Shown here: one piece after another, positions 1-9,890 of the stretch
Numbering within the stretch: position 1 is the stretch's first letter
How the letters are laid out: each line of letters starts with the position of its first letter
Origin: Actinomycetes bacterium
Lineage (GTDB): Bacteria; Actinomycetota; Actinomycetes; S36-B12; UBA5976
Reading direction: 5' to 3'
NCBI GenBank assembly: GCA_037131045.1
Contig: JBAXRV010000002.1
Location: 6,838 to 70,837, forward strand
DNA: 64,000 nt
Notes under the pieces: generated by a model
Database searches by the model: none
The model's input: the letters and a program-made list of their open reading frames with translations, nothing else
Told to the model about the DNA's origin: nothing
Translations under genes and position numbers: made by a program

Positions 1-219
1 CGACGGCTTGAACCACAACGTTAAGTAGGTGCCTGACAACAACAAGATGATGAACGAGTAGAGAGCAATTTCACCGAGCATGAATGACCAGTGATCGGGG
101 AACACTTTATTAAGGAGTTTCTTGACCCCACTTGCACCATGTAGGCGGTCATCGAGGTAGTTTCCTACAACGCTGGCTTTACCGCCTGCAACTGTGTCGA
201 TTGCTTTATTCGTGCTCAT
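1..219 (-). CDS. qcrB: Cytochrome bc1 complex cytochrome b subunit QcrB, N-terminal 73 codons only (gene continues past the left edge)
   Basis: Not in the ORF track because no stop lies in the window. Hand translation of the minus strand from ATG 219-217 gives [70 protein letters not shown], the conserved QcrB N-terminus. ATGA start/stop overlap with qcrA. Completes the qcrC-qcrA-qcrB order. Confidence 0.8.
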   Translation of the reverse strand, partial: MSTNKAIDTVAGGKASVVGNYLDDRLHGASGVKKLLNKVFPDHWSFMLGEIALYSFIILLLSGTYLTLWFKPS

Positions 220-1280
220 CCACGCTCCCAGAAACTCGGGCCGATTGGTTCTTTGAATCCACTTGCGGCTACTAGATATCCTTGCTCATTTACGGTAATC
301 GGCAACTGCGGCATGCGTCGTGCTGCCGGACCGAAGACCACATTGCCCGAGTCGGCGAGGTCAAAGGTTGATTGGTGGCATGGGCACAGCAGATGGTGCG
401 TGCGTTGTTGATACAACGAGATTGGGCAACCCACGTGTGTGCAAATCTTTGAGTAGGCCAAAATTCCTTGGTAATCCCAACCCTGCCCCTGTTGTGACAC
501 GATATCGGCCGGCGCCATGCGTACCAAAATGATGGATGCTTTCCCGCGCTCGTTGAGGTTTCCGTCTTCTTCTTCAATTTTGAGCAGGTTCGCAGGTACT
601 GCGTTGACTAAGCCACCGATAGGAATGTCTTCGGGACGAATAGGGCGGTAGGTAGCATCGGTAAGAATTTCGATGTTCTTATCCCAAATCGTTTCGCGAA
701 GCCGGGTCTTTGGCATGGGACCAAGATCGCGCAGGAACACAATGAGTGGAAGTGGGAACAGCGCAAGCGACCCGAGCAAGCTACGACGGATAATTTTGCG
801 TTCACCGATGCCCGAAGCGGACTTGCCCTCACGGATCGCTTCTCCAAAGGCTGCCTTATCTTCGGCAGAGGAAGCAAAAGCATGACGTTCTTCGGTGATT
901 TCAACATCAGGCATCAATTTTTTAGCCCAATGGATTGCTCCGGTACCAATCAGGAAAATTCCTAGGCCCAGTGAAAAACCTACTGAGATGTGATTGGCAT
1001 TAACAGGGCCAATCAAAGGCAAGATAACCAACACATCGTTGGGCACGACAATAAAAGCAATGATTGACGTCACGATCAGCACGGATGAAAGCCCAAACAT
1101 CGCTGCAACTTGACGCTCAGCTCGAATTGCGGCCTTGGGGTCGATGTCTGCGCGACGAAGTTCGTGATGTCCTAGTGGAACAATGGGTTTGCCTGTGATG
1201 ACGTCATGGCCGTTGACTGCGCCAATCGGATCGTGCGAACCATGTTGAATTTCGTTCACTTTGCTTTCGCTCCGATCCAC
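216..1280 (-). CDS. qcrA: Cytochrome bc1 complex Rieske iron-sulfur subunit QcrA
   Basis: Rieske 2Fe-2S boxes CTHVGCP and CPCHQSTF near the C-terminus, N-terminal TM helices, C-terminal [10 protein letters not shown] start at 1280. An alternative GTG at 1259 would give a GTGA overlap with the qcrC stop. Confidence 0.9.
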   Translation of the reverse strand: MDRSESKVNEIQHGSHDPIGAVNGHDVITGKPIVPLGHHELRRADIDPKAAIRAERQVAAMFGLSSVLIVTSIIAFIVVPNDVLVILPLIGPVNANHISVGFSLGLGIFLIGTGAIHWAKKLMPDVEITEERHAFASSAEDKAAFGEAIREGKSASGIGERKIIRRSLLGSLALFPLPLIVFLRDLGPMPKTRLRETIWDKNIEILTDATYRPIRPEDIPIGGLVNAVPANLLKIEEEDGNLNERGKASIILVRMAPADIVSQQGQGWDYQGILAYSKICTHVGCPISLYQQRTHHLLCPCHQSTFDLADSGNVVFGPAARRMPQLPITVNEQGYLVAASGFKEPIGPSFWERG

Positions 1281-2032
1281 ACTGCAACAACAATGAGGGC
1301 GCCCAGCCCAACAATAAAGAGGAATAGTCCTTCAGTAACTGGCCCTAAACGGCCCAGCGCTGCGCCACCAGGGCTGTCCTGCTTTTGCAGTTCTTGAAGG
1401 TAACGAATGATGGCTTGCTTATCTTGAACTGTCACAGTTTTGTCACTAAAAATCGGCATGCTCTCGGGACCTGTGACCATAGCTTCATAGATTTCTTTCG
1501 GGTCAGCTTTCATCAAGCTAGGAGCCCAGCCACCTTGTGACAACGCACCACCTTTACCCGAGACGCTGTGACACTGCGAGCAGTTCGTGCGGAACAGTTC
1601 GCCACCGAGCGCGAGGTCGGCGCCGCTGGTACTAATCATGTCTTGGGTAGGAATTGCTGGACCCGGCCCAATACTTGCAACGTATGCGGCAAGTGCAGCA
1701 ATCTCGTTGTCACTGTAATGAACTGGACCCGGTTCAGATTGAATTCCTGGACCAGCTAGCGGCATGCGACCAGAGCCAACTTGGAAATCAACGGCAGCTG
1801 ACCCCACACCTATCAAAGAAGGACCATCTGATGAACCCTGGGCAGCAAGGCCATGACACGACGAGCACCCTTCAAGGAAGAGTGACTTTCCTTGTTCCAC
1901 TTGAGTGGCAGACTTCACGACGGACTTCGGCGCAGTACTTGCACTGACGGCAGCGTATGCAGCACCGGTTGTTCCCAGTGCAACTGCTAAGACAGCAAAG
2001 ATCGCTGCTGGATGTCTACGACTTAGTGCCAC
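1256..2032 (-). CDS. qcrC: Dihaem cytochrome c subunit QcrC of the bc1 complex
   Basis: Two CxxCH haem-binding motifs (CSSCH, CSQCH), an N-terminal signal/TM segment and a C-terminal TM anchor. Located between ctaE and qcrA as in other Actinobacteria. Confidence 0.9.
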   Translation of the reverse strand: MALSRRHPAAIFAVLAVALGTTGAAYAAVSASTAPKSVVKSATQVEQGKSLFLEGCSSCHGLAAQGSSDGPSLIGVGSAAVDFQVGSGRMPLAGPGIQSEPGPVHYSDNEIAALAAYVASIGPGPAIPTQDMISTSGADLALGGELFRTNCSQCHSVSGKGGALSQGGWAPSLMKADPKEIYEAMVTGPESMPIFSDKTVTVQDKQAIIRYLQELQKQDSPGGAALGRLGPVTEGLFLFIVGLGALIVVAVWIGAKAK

Positions 2033-2080
2033 GTGATATCTGTCCGTTCTCGATGCTGAGTACTTGTACTAGAAAGTTGG

Positions 2081-2677
2081 TTACTTAATGAGATAGATCG
2101 TTGCGAAAAGTGCAATCCAAACCACGTCGACGAAGTGCCAGTAGTAAGAGACCACAATTGCCGTTGTTGCCTTGTTGTGAGTGAAGTGTTTACCCGCATA
2201 GGTGCGGCCCAACACAAAAAGAAATGCAATAAGTCCACCAGTCACGTGCAGACCGTGGAAACCAGTCGTCAGGTAGAACGCAGTGCCATAAGAACTTGTT
2301 GGCATTGTGAGACCTTCGCGAATAAGTGCGGTGTATTCCGTTAACTGTCCGCCAACGAAGAACGCACCCATCAAGAAGGTGATGATGAACCATTTGCGCA
2401 GACCCTTGACATCTCCACGCTCAGCCGCAAACACACCCATTTGGCACGTCACTGAAGACAGCACAAGAACAGTTGTGTTCACCGCGGCAAATGGAATGTT
2501 CAATTTCTCTACGCTGTCTGCCCAGACTCCTGGATTGACAGAGCGCAGCGTGAAATACATTGCGAACAACGCGGCAAAGAACATGAGCTCGCTGGAAAGC
2601 CAGACAATGGTGCCAATCGAGACCATGTTTGGGCGCTCGGCGTGAGTGGGAATGCGTACTGCAGAAGTGGTCGTCAC
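2081..2677 (-). CDS. ctaE: Cytochrome c oxidase (aa3) subunit III
   Basis: Polytopic membrane protein of 198 aa ending in [21 protein letters not shown], the signature C-terminus of haem-copper oxidase subunit III. GTG start. Confidence 0.9.
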   Translation of the reverse strand: MTTTSAVRIPTHAERPNMVSIGTIVWLSSELMFFAALFAMYFTLRSVNPGVWADSVEKLNIPFAAVNTTVLVLSSVTCQMGVFAAERGDVKGLRKWFIITFLMGAFFVGGQLTEYTALIREGLTMPTSSYGTAFYLTTGFHGLHVTGGLIAFLFVLGRTYAGKHFTHNKATTAIVVSYYWHFVDVVWIALFATIYLIK

Positions 2678-2816
2678 AAACCCTGAGTTTAGTCGCTAAG
2701 AGGGCGATCAGGCTTATGGGTAGGCACTTTCGTGGCGGCAATGTGACCTACTTCATCAGGTCATTGAGCAGGCTGCCAGTCATCTGTCACCACATGGCTT
2801 CAGATACGCTAGTGAC

Positions 2817-3227
2817 GTGGAAAAGTCCCTGCAGGTCCTCAAGGTTCTGGTCTATAGCGATGACGTGACGGTTCGCATGAGCGTACGCAATGCATTGGGA
2901 CGTCGACCTGCCGAGTACATCAGTGACGTGGCAATTTTTGAAGCGGCGACTGAGCCTGCTGTGATTGCCGCGGTGGATGCTGCGCCATTTGACTTGATTA
3001 TTTTGGATGGCGAAGCGGTACCTGCTGGCGGCATGGGTGTGTGTCGGGCACTGAAAGATGAAATTTTTAACTGTGCGCCAGTTTTGCTCATTGTCGGGCG
3101 ACCTCAGGATCGTTGGCTTGCCACCTGGTCTGGGGCGGATGCCGTCGTGGCTCACCCGATTGATCCGCGGGCTTTAGTCTCTGCTGCGGTGTCGCTTCTT
3201 GATGTTCACACCACAGTGGCTCGCTAA
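2817..3227 (+). CDS. Stand-alone receiver (REC) domain protein, atypical
   Basis: 136 aa with CheY-like alternating pattern: VLVYSDD (acidic pair) and DLIILDGEA (phospho-acceptor Asp position). The conserved Thr/Ser position reads LLIVGR and the conserved Lys position reads AHP. No output domain. GTG start. Confidence 0.6.
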   Translation: MEKSLQVLKVLVYSDDVTVRMSVRNALGRRPAEYISDVAIFEAATEPAVIAAVDAAPFDLIILDGEAVPAGGMGVCRALKDEIFNCAPVLLIVGRPQDRWLATWSGADAVVAHPIDPRALVSAAVSLLDVHTTVAR

Positions 3228-3232
3228 CAACC

Positions 3233-4318
3233 ATGAGTGAGTACACCTGGAAACAGATTCTGGGTTTGATTGCGGTACAAACTGACCTCAATGATGATCA
3301 GGCCAAATGGGCCATGAATGAAATCATGTCGGGTCAAGCAACGCCAGCCCACATTGCAGCCTTTGTCATGGGACTTCGCGTCAAAAACGAAACAGTTGAA
3401 GAAATTGCTGGAATGGTTGAAGCGATTTTGGCTAATGCGCAGCGCGTGACACTTGATCGCGATGCGGTTGACATCGTGGGAACCGGGGGAGACGGTGCTC
3501 ACACCGTCAATGTCTCGACAATGGCCGCATTAACCGTTGCAGGTTTAGGAATTCCAGTTTTGAAACATGGGAATCGAGCCATTTCATCTCGGTCCGGCAC
3601 TGCCGATGTGCTTGAGGCACTTGGGGTCTCGCTGAACATTCCAACAGATGCTGTTGCTGCGTGTGTTGAAGAAGCTGGCATCGCATTTTGTTTTGCCCCA
3701 TCGCATCATCCAGGTTTTCGACATGCCGGTCCGGTGCGCAAAGAGCTAGGAATTCTCACGGTGTTCAACGTGCTTGGACCGCTGTGTAATCCTGGACAAC
3801 CTCCGGCTTCACTTCTTGGCTGCGCCGACTTACAAATGGCACCGTTACTGGCGCATGTGCAACACGAGCGCGGCTTCAAATCGATTGTGGTTCGCGCAGA
3901 CAACGGTATTGATGAAATTGCGACTCAAGGTACAACACAAATTTGGGATGTCACCACTGACGAAGTAAGACATGAAATCTTTGACCCATCGGTTTTTGAT
4001 TTAGTACCGGCCACTGCTGATGATCTGCGCGGAGCAGAAGCGCAATTTAATGCGGATGTGGTACGCGAACTATTCGGTGGGAAGTCAGACGGAAAATTTG
4101 CGGCGATTCGAGATGTTGTTGCGGTTAATGCGGCGGCTGCGCTTGTGGCCTTCGATTCGACCAGAGCCAATCACACGTATGGAAATCCTGAAGTGACATT
4201 CTCGGCTCGACTTCGGGTTGCCCTGCCGGATGCGTATCGTTCGATTGACACAGGGCTTGCGGCCGATGCCTTGGGTGCACTCGTGGCTGCTACTGCAACG
4301 TTGGCGACACCGCAATAG
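3233..4318 (+). CDS. trpD: Anthranilate phosphoribosyltransferase
   Basis: VGTGGDGAHTVNVST (GTGGD motif), KHGNRAISSRSGTADVLEALG, full-length 361 aa. Adjacent to ctaE as in other Actinobacteria. Confidence 0.9.
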   Translation: MSEYTWKQILGLIAVQTDLNDDQAKWAMNEIMSGQATPAHIAAFVMGLRVKNETVEEIAGMVEAILANAQRVTLDRDAVDIVGTGGDGAHTVNVSTMAALTVAGLGIPVLKHGNRAISSRSGTADVLEALGVSLNIPTDAVAACVEEAGIAFCFAPSHHPGFRHAGPVRKELGILTVFNVLGPLCNPGQPPASLLGCADLQMAPLLAHVQHERGFKSIVVRADNGIDEIATQGTTQIWDVTTDEVRHEIFDPSVFDLVPATADDLRGAEAQFNADVVRELFGGKSDGKFAAIRDVVAVNAAAALVAFDSTRANHTYGNPEVTFSARLRVALPDAYRSIDTGLAADALGALVAATATLATPQ

Positions 4319-6065
4319 GCGTAGCCCAGTTGAATCCTGGCGTCATATGTATTAGCCGAACACCAGGTTGGGTAAGCCACCTGAGTACGAGTTGAGTTTC
4401 AGAAACTAACGTCACATCGGATTGATAATTTTGTCCCATAGTGCGCGCCGCTTGCATTGTTGGTCTGGGGCTGATCCCAGGTCGAGCATGCGCACTTGCA
4501 GCGAGAGCGCCGTGACGAATGACGTGAATGTCCCAGCCACCATCCACGGTGCTCGCTGCCGCAACGAATTCAGGTATTGCGCACAGTGAGCGAAGTCGGG
4601 CAGCAGTGTTTACTCCCGCTTTGAGCGCTGCCGCACGATCTCGGATCAGCGCCGCATCCTCAAATCGTTGGTCGTCGGAACATGCATTCATTCGCATAGT
4701 GAGCGCGTTAATGACCACCGATGGATTCGACAACATTACTTCTGTTGCGTGGGCAACGATTTCCTCATATGCCGATGTGTCTGACCCGTCGCGACATGGA
4801 GCGATACACCGTTTCATTTCAAATAATGCGCACGGCGTCTGCGATGTCTTGGCAGAGATTCGATCTTTGCACTGACGTATCAGTAATCCTTCGTGCATTG
4901 CATCGATAGCATGCTGCGCGGCATCAGCTGACCTAAAAGGACCGATAGTGACTCGGTCATCATGTGCAGGATGACTTTGGCGAACAATTGAAAATCTCGG
5001 GAACCGCTCGTTTGTCAGTGCAATCCACGCTGTTCGCTCTGGATTGCGACTGCGCTGATTAAATCGCGGCCGGTGTTCATTGATCATTCGAAGTTCTCGG
5101 ATCGCTGCCTCTAAGGCTGTGGCACACACAATTGCTTGCACCCGTTGCGCAATTTCAACCATGGCCGTCATGCGCTTTCGAGTCTCGGCTGCAGTGAAGT
5201 AACTCATTACACGCTTGCGCATATTTCGTGACGTTCCGACATACAGCGGTCGATTTGCATGGTCGTAAAACACGTACACACCGGGTGAGTCGGGAATACC
5301 GTCGGCGAGGTGCCGCTTGCGACGGCGCTTTTCTGTTGCTTGGCCAGAAAATGACATCAAGCCTGCCAAGTCAGATACGGCGAGGTTTCCCACTCGCTCA
5401 ATGAGTCCATGCAGCACGTGGACTGTCGCTCGAGCATCATCGAGTGCGCGGTGGGTTGGACTAGTGGGAGAGTGAAAGTACTCTGCCAATGTGGCTAGCT
5501 TGCGATTGTGAACCTCGCTGCCAGTAAGTATGCGTCGAGCTAAGGTCACTGTGTCGACAATCAGTGGTGCTGGCCATACCACCGCATTGCGAGCACAGGC
5601 GTCTTTGAGAAACCCAACATCAAACGGCGCATTGTGTGCCACGAGAACGGGAAGGTCCTCGCTTGCTCCAGCAAAGCCGGCAAATTCTAGAAACGCGACT
5701 AGCGCAGATGCCGTTGTTGGTGCGTTCGCAACGTGATGTTCGGTAATGCCTGTTAACACTGAAATGAATGCAGGTATCGGCATACCAGGATTGACGAAGG
5801 TTTGAAATTCGCCAAGGACTTGACCGCCTCGCACTTTGACTGCGCCAATCTCGGTAATTCCAGAATCGCTGGTGCGACCGCCTGTGGTTTCAAGATCGAC
5901 TACCACAAAGGTGACATCAGCCAATTGCGCACTTGCATGCTCAGCAAAGGCATCGTCCAAAGTCAGGGCCGTCATACCCGTGAGATTACAAGCGAACCCA
6001 GACATTTCTGGGTATGTGGGCCGAACAGTGTTGATAGTGATGTCGGAGGTGGGTTCTAGTGTCAT
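4290..6065 (-). CDS. DEDD 3'-5' exonuclease (DnaQ/epsilon-like) fused to a GIY-YIG nuclease domain
   Basis: FVVVDLETTG (Exo I), HNAPFDVGFL (Exo II), HRALDDA (Exo III), followed by GVYVFYD...LYVGTSRNMRKRVMSYF (GIY-YIG). From memory, this is the positional equivalent of M. tuberculosis Rv2191. Its 3' end overlaps the convergent trpD by 29 nt. Confidence 0.85.
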   Translation of the reverse strand: MTLEPTSDITINTVRPTYPEMSGFACNLTGMTALTLDDAFAEHASAQLADVTFVVVDLETTGGRTSDSGITEIGAVKVRGGQVLGEFQTFVNPGMPIPAFISVLTGITEHHVANAPTTASALVAFLEFAGFAGASEDLPVLVAHNAPFDVGFLKDACARNAVVWPAPLIVDTVTLARRILTGSEVHNRKLATLAEYFHSPTSPTHRALDDARATVHVLHGLIERVGNLAVSDLAGLMSFSGQATEKRRRKRHLADGIPDSPGVYVFYDHANRPLYVGTSRNMRKRVMSYFTAAETRKRMTAMVEIAQRVQAIVCATALEAAIRELRMINEHRPRFNQRSRNPERTAWIALTNERFPRFSIVRQSHPAHDDRVTIGPFRSADAAQHAIDAMHEGLLIRQCKDRISAKTSQTPCALFEMKRCIAPCRDGSDTSAYEEIVAHATEVMLSNPSVVINALTMRMNACSDDQRFEDAALIRDRAAALKAGVNTAARLRSLCAIPEFVAAASTVDGGWDIHVIRHGALAASAHARPGISPRPTMQAARTMGQNYQSDVTLVSETQLVLRWLTQPGVRLIHMTPGFNWATPIAVSPTLQ

Positions 6066-6086
6066 GAGTAACTGAGGAGTCGCTTT

Positions 6087-6299
6087 ATGTTGATTGATTG
6101 CAATAGTTGCCAGATGAAAGACATTGCCTGTTCGGATTGCGTTGTCACCATGCTGTTAGGACCAGTAGATGTGGACATTGCATCCAATAGGGGCGTGTTT
6201 GACGTACTTGCCGGATCGGGCTTAGTTCCTCCGCTTCGGCTGGTTTCGTCGCATCAGCACCTGTCACCGGGTGAGACTGCGGGAACAGCGACCGGTTAA
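6087..6299 (+). CDS. Small Cys-rich hypothetical protein (possible 4-Cys zinc ribbon)
   Basis: 70 aa, N-terminal CNSC-x7-CSDC. GAGGAG Shine-Dalgarno about 8 nt upstream of the ATG. Fills an otherwise empty gap between two confident genes. No family recognised. Confidence 0.45.
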   Translation: MLIDCNSCQMKDIACSDCVVTMLLGPVDVDIASNRGVFDVLAGSGLVPPLRLVSSHQHLSPGETAGTATG

Positions 6300-6313
6300 G
6301 GCAAGATTGAGCT

Positions 6314-7549
6314 ATGGCCCGAATCACAGTTGTTCTCACAACACTGACAGTGGTTGGGCTGATTGTTACTGCGTTCTATACCCCTTGGAACATATATACA
6401 GATGCAGCGCACCACATCAATCGGGTCATCTCAGTTGTGCGACCAGATACGTCGCGTGACTTCACTCCAGATCAAATTGCTCGCGAAGTCAGACTTCATA
6501 AATCCTTGTGGCCATGGCAGCTACTGCGGCTTACGCTGTCAGTAATAGTTCCGCTGTTGGCATTTGTCATCATTCGTTCTCAGAATGTAATCAGTTCCCT
6601 TACTCCAGCAAATCTTTTATGGTGGTTCACGGGTTTGGTCACACTTGTTCTCATGCGCTTGAGCACGGTTCCTGTTGACTGGGTGATTCGAAATTACTTA
6701 GTCGAAGCGGGCTTGAGCACTCAGTCAATGCGGGGCTGGCTCATTGACCTAGCAAAATCATTCGCGCTCTCGACTATCGTCACTTTGGTTTTAGTTGCAC
6801 TGTGCGTACAGGCAAGCACCTTGACTACGTCACGACAGTTAGCGATTGTTCCAGCTTGTGCCGCAGGCTTGGTAATTCTGTTTTCATTTTTGCTGCCAGT
6901 GGTTGTTGAACCGCTCTTTAATTCGTTTCACTCGTTACCAGATGGTCCCTTGCGTACTGCGATCCTCGATGAGTCACAGCGCATGAATGTGCCCATTGCC
7001 GATGTCCTGGTGGCCGATGCCAGTCGCAGAACATCTGCTCTCAACGCCTATGTTTCAGGGTTTGGCCCGACCAGACGCGTAGTTGTCTATGACACAGTGC
7101 TCAAGGACATGCCACAAGATGAAATTGTGGTTGTAGCAAGTCATGAACTTGCACACGCTCGGTACAACGATGTGCTTTATGCAACGTTGATTTCTGCACT
7201 GTTTACTGCTGCGGGCGCCCTTGCCTTAGTTTCATTTTTGGGTTCAGGTAAGGCAGTTGGTCGTGAAGTGGCGTTCATTGTTGGTTTAGCCACTGTGTGT
7301 GGCCTTTTGGCTGCTCCGGCTTCCAACTTTGTTACTCGGCGCGTTGAGAGTCGAGCCGATGTCACTGCGCTACTTAACTCAAGTGTGGCTAATCCATACT
7401 TAAGTTTCATCGACATGCAAAAACGAATTGCGATGAGTAACTATTCAGCTCTTGAACCAAATCGCTTTATGTTCTGGTTCTTTTCAACACATCCCACGTC
7501 GCCGCAACGTATTGCAATTGCTCGCACTGTGCAATCGAGTAAGCCGTGA
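6314..7549 (+). CDS. M48 family (Ste24/HtpX-like) membrane zinc metallopeptidase
   Basis: HELAHARYND (HExxH) in the C-terminal half, several N-terminal TM helices, C-terminal STHPTSPQRI. GTGA overlap with the downstream pimB. Confidence 0.8.
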   Translation: MARITVVLTTLTVVGLIVTAFYTPWNIYTDAAHHINRVISVVRPDTSRDFTPDQIAREVRLHKSLWPWQLLRLTLSVIVPLLAFVIIRSQNVISSLTPANLLWWFTGLVTLVLMRLSTVPVDWVIRNYLVEAGLSTQSMRGWLIDLAKSFALSTIVTLVLVALCVQASTLTTSRQLAIVPACAAGLVILFSFLLPVVVEPLFNSFHSLPDGPLRTAILDESQRMNVPIADVLVADASRRTSALNAYVSGFGPTRRVVVYDTVLKDMPQDEIVVVASHELAHARYNDVLYATLISALFTAAGALALVSFLGSGKAVGREVAFIVGLATVCGLLAAPASNFVTRRVESRADVTALLNSSVANPYLSFIDMQKRIAMSNYSALEPNRFMFWFFSTHPTSPQRIAIARTVQSSKP

Positions 7550-8679
7550 CCACACTGATTATCACGAACGACTTTCCGCCACGTGCTGGAGGCATTCAAA
7601 CGTTTGTCTTTGAAATGGCCCAACGATTCCCGTTGGGAAAAGTTGTCGTCCTTGCTTCCCACTTTGAGGGAGACACTGAATTTGATTCCACATTGTGTTA
7701 TCCCGTAGTGCGCGCCAAAACATCTGTACTGAAACCAAGTAAGTACACGTTGGAACTTGCTCGCGAGATTATTGCTTCACACAACGTCTCGAAGGTTGTA
7801 TTCGGCGCGGCTGCACCTCTTGGGCTACTTGCTCCGGCGGTGCGCGCACTTGGCATCAACGACATTGTCGCGATCACTCATGGCCATGAAGCAGGGTGGG
7901 CCATGACTCCTGTCACGCGTCAACTTCTGCGACGAATTGGAGATGCAGTCGATCACGTCACGTACTTGGGTCACTACACGCATAGCAAAATTTCGCCCGC
8001 ACTCAGTTCTCGGGCCCAGGCGAGTATGCGCCAACTCACGCCAGGTGTTGATACTGAGGTATTTCACCCGCGCAACCGAGACGCAGCTCAGGTACTTCGC
8101 GACCAGCTACATTTAGCAGACCGCCCAGTCATCGTGTGTGTCTCGCGATTAATGAAGCGCAAAGGTCAAGATGCATTGATCGATGCTATGCCCGAAATTC
8201 TGCGTGCGATCCCAGATGCTGCGCTTGTGATAGTTGGCAGTGGTGCCTACGAACAAGCGCTTCGCAAGCAGGCGAAATCCAGTACAGCACGCGAGAACAT
8301 TTACTTCACGGGAAAAGTTTCAATCGAGCAATTGCCATTGTGGTATGCCGTTGGAACAATTTTCGCCATGCCGTGCCGAACCAGAAATGCGGGTTGGGAT
8401 GTTGAAGGCCTAGGCATAGTTTTTCTGGAAGCATCAGCAACAGGTCTGCCAGTTATTGCAGGAAACTCAGGTGGCGCGCCAGATGCGGTTATCGACGGTG
8501 CAACCGGATGCATCGTCGATGGTCGTAATACAACAGACATTAGTCATCAGGTCATTGCACTACTTAAGGATGAACAACTCCGGGAGCGACAAGGTCAAGC
8601 AGGTCGCGATTGGGTGGTTGCACAATGGACGTGGGAACACAGTTCGCGCACGTTACAGTCTCTGTTGACGAAGGACTAG
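7546..8679 (+). CDS. pimB: GT4 glycosyltransferase, phosphatidylinositol mannoside mannosyltransferase PimB'-like
   Basis: ITNDFPPRAGGIQ N-terminus, FAMPCRTRNAGWDVEGLGIVFLEASATGLPVIAGNSGGAP (GT4 E-x7-E region). Closely parallels mycobacterial PimB' (Rv2188c) as I remember it, and occupies the same neighbourhood. Confidence 0.8.
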   Translation: MTTLIITNDFPPRAGGIQTFVFEMAQRFPLGKVVVLASHFEGDTEFDSTLCYPVVRAKTSVLKPSKYTLELAREIIASHNVSKVVFGAAAPLGLLAPAVRALGINDIVAITHGHEAGWAMTPVTRQLLRRIGDAVDHVTYLGHYTHSKISPALSSRAQASMRQLTPGVDTEVFHPRNRDAAQVLRDQLHLADRPVIVCVSRLMKRKGQDALIDAMPEILRAIPDAALVIVGSGAYEQALRKQAKSSTARENIYFTGKVSIEQLPLWYAVGTIFAMPCRTRNAGWDVEGLGIVFLEASATGLPVIAGNSGGAPDAVIDGATGCIVDGRNTTDISHQVIALLKDEQLRERQGQAGRDWVVAQWTWEHSSRTLQSLLTKD

Positions 8680-9854
8680 ACGCTGCTTCTGCGTGGAAGT
8701 GAACGTCGATGGACGCTGCGCCATAAAATCGCGGTTGCAGCAATGAGAGTGATAACGCGAAACGTTTGAATCAAGGTTGCAAATGCGTCACCACTTTGAA
8801 AACTCACATAGAGCCATGGGTAAAGCAGTTGGCCTAAGAATGAACTGGCGAATAAAAGTGCTGCAATAATAGGAAATTCGGGAGCTGGCAAGAATGCGCA
8901 CGTAGCTAAAAGTCCCAACACCCAAATGTTGTACTGCGGTGAAAGTACTCGACTTGTCACCATGGAGAGTAGTACAACTAATAAGAAAACATCTGGCAAT
9001 GGTATTGATTCAAGTCGACCCTGCATTCGCCACACAATGAGTAAACCAATGGTGAGCACGCCAACACTGGTGAGCACGACACTAATCAATGCAGTGTGTT
9101 GAGACATGACCTCGATAGCGCCATAGCGAAATTTAACGTGAACATGCCCTGGTCCGGCATTTTTCCACATGTATGGCAATGCTCCAACGGACTCAATTTG
9201 CAGCCCGCGATCACGTTGGCCCACAAGAAAGCCCAAGCTTCCGGGCCACCACATGTGCAAAAGACCCAGGCCACAGCCCAGAGCAATAGCGTATGCAGCA
9301 CCAACCCTGGCATGTAAACGTCGTGGCACTCCAATAAGACCAAGAATCGGCCATGCTTTGAGTAGCGTTCCAAGTGCCAGATACACGCCGCTTTTCATTG
9401 GTGTACGCATTGCTAAGACCGCACACACCGCTGCACACGTTGGGAAGACATCAAAACGCCCGAGCAGGATCGGTCCAATCGCCATGGGCGCTGCGGCCCA
9501 GATTAGCTCAGCCGAGGATCTGGGGTTCGGTGACTTACGGGCTACTCGACGAAGGGCCAAGTACATTCCGGCGTCAACAGCAAGCGCTAGCGAAACAAAT
9601 CCCACCATGTTTGCTGAAATACAAAAAGCGATGAAAAAAACCAATGCAGCTAGCGGGGGGTATTGCCACATCGGGTCGTTGATAGGGAAGTGACCATCAA
9701 CCATGTTTGAGGCCCACCAGTCGTAGAGGCGCACGTCGCTAAAAAGAGAATCAGCCTGGGGATACGGCAACAACTGAAATCCGCACATGATGACCCACGC
9801 CCGGGTGATGAACCAGATTACTGGCGCATTTCTATTCAGGTTTCGCAGATTCAT
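8676..9854 (-). CDS. GT87/DUF2029-type polyprenol-phosphate-mannose-dependent mannosyltransferase (Rv2181-like by position)
   Basis: 392-aa polytopic membrane protein. N-terminal loop DVRLYDWWASNMVDGHFPINDPMWQYPPLAALVF is typical of GT-C/GT87 enzymes. Its stop codon shares CTAG (8676-8679) with the convergent pimB. Confidence 0.65.
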   Translation of the reverse strand: MNLRNLNRNAPVIWFITRAWVIMCGFQLLPYPQADSLFSDVRLYDWWASNMVDGHFPINDPMWQYPPLAALVFFIAFCISANMVGFVSLALAVDAGMYLALRRVARKSPNPRSSAELIWAAAPMAIGPILLGRFDVFPTCAAVCAVLAMRTPMKSGVYLALGTLLKAWPILGLIGVPRRLHARVGAAYAIALGCGLGLLHMWWPGSLGFLVGQRDRGLQIESVGALPYMWKNAGPGHVHVKFRYGAIEVMSQHTALISVVLTSVGVLTIGLLIVWRMQGRLESIPLPDVFLLVVLLSMVTSRVLSPQYNIWVLGLLATCAFLPAPEFPIIAALLFASSFLGQLLYPWLYVSFQSGDAFATLIQTFRVITLIAATAILWRSVHRRSLPRRSSV

Positions 9855-9890
9855 CTCAATCTGTCCAGAAATCGGCGCACCGGTTTATCG

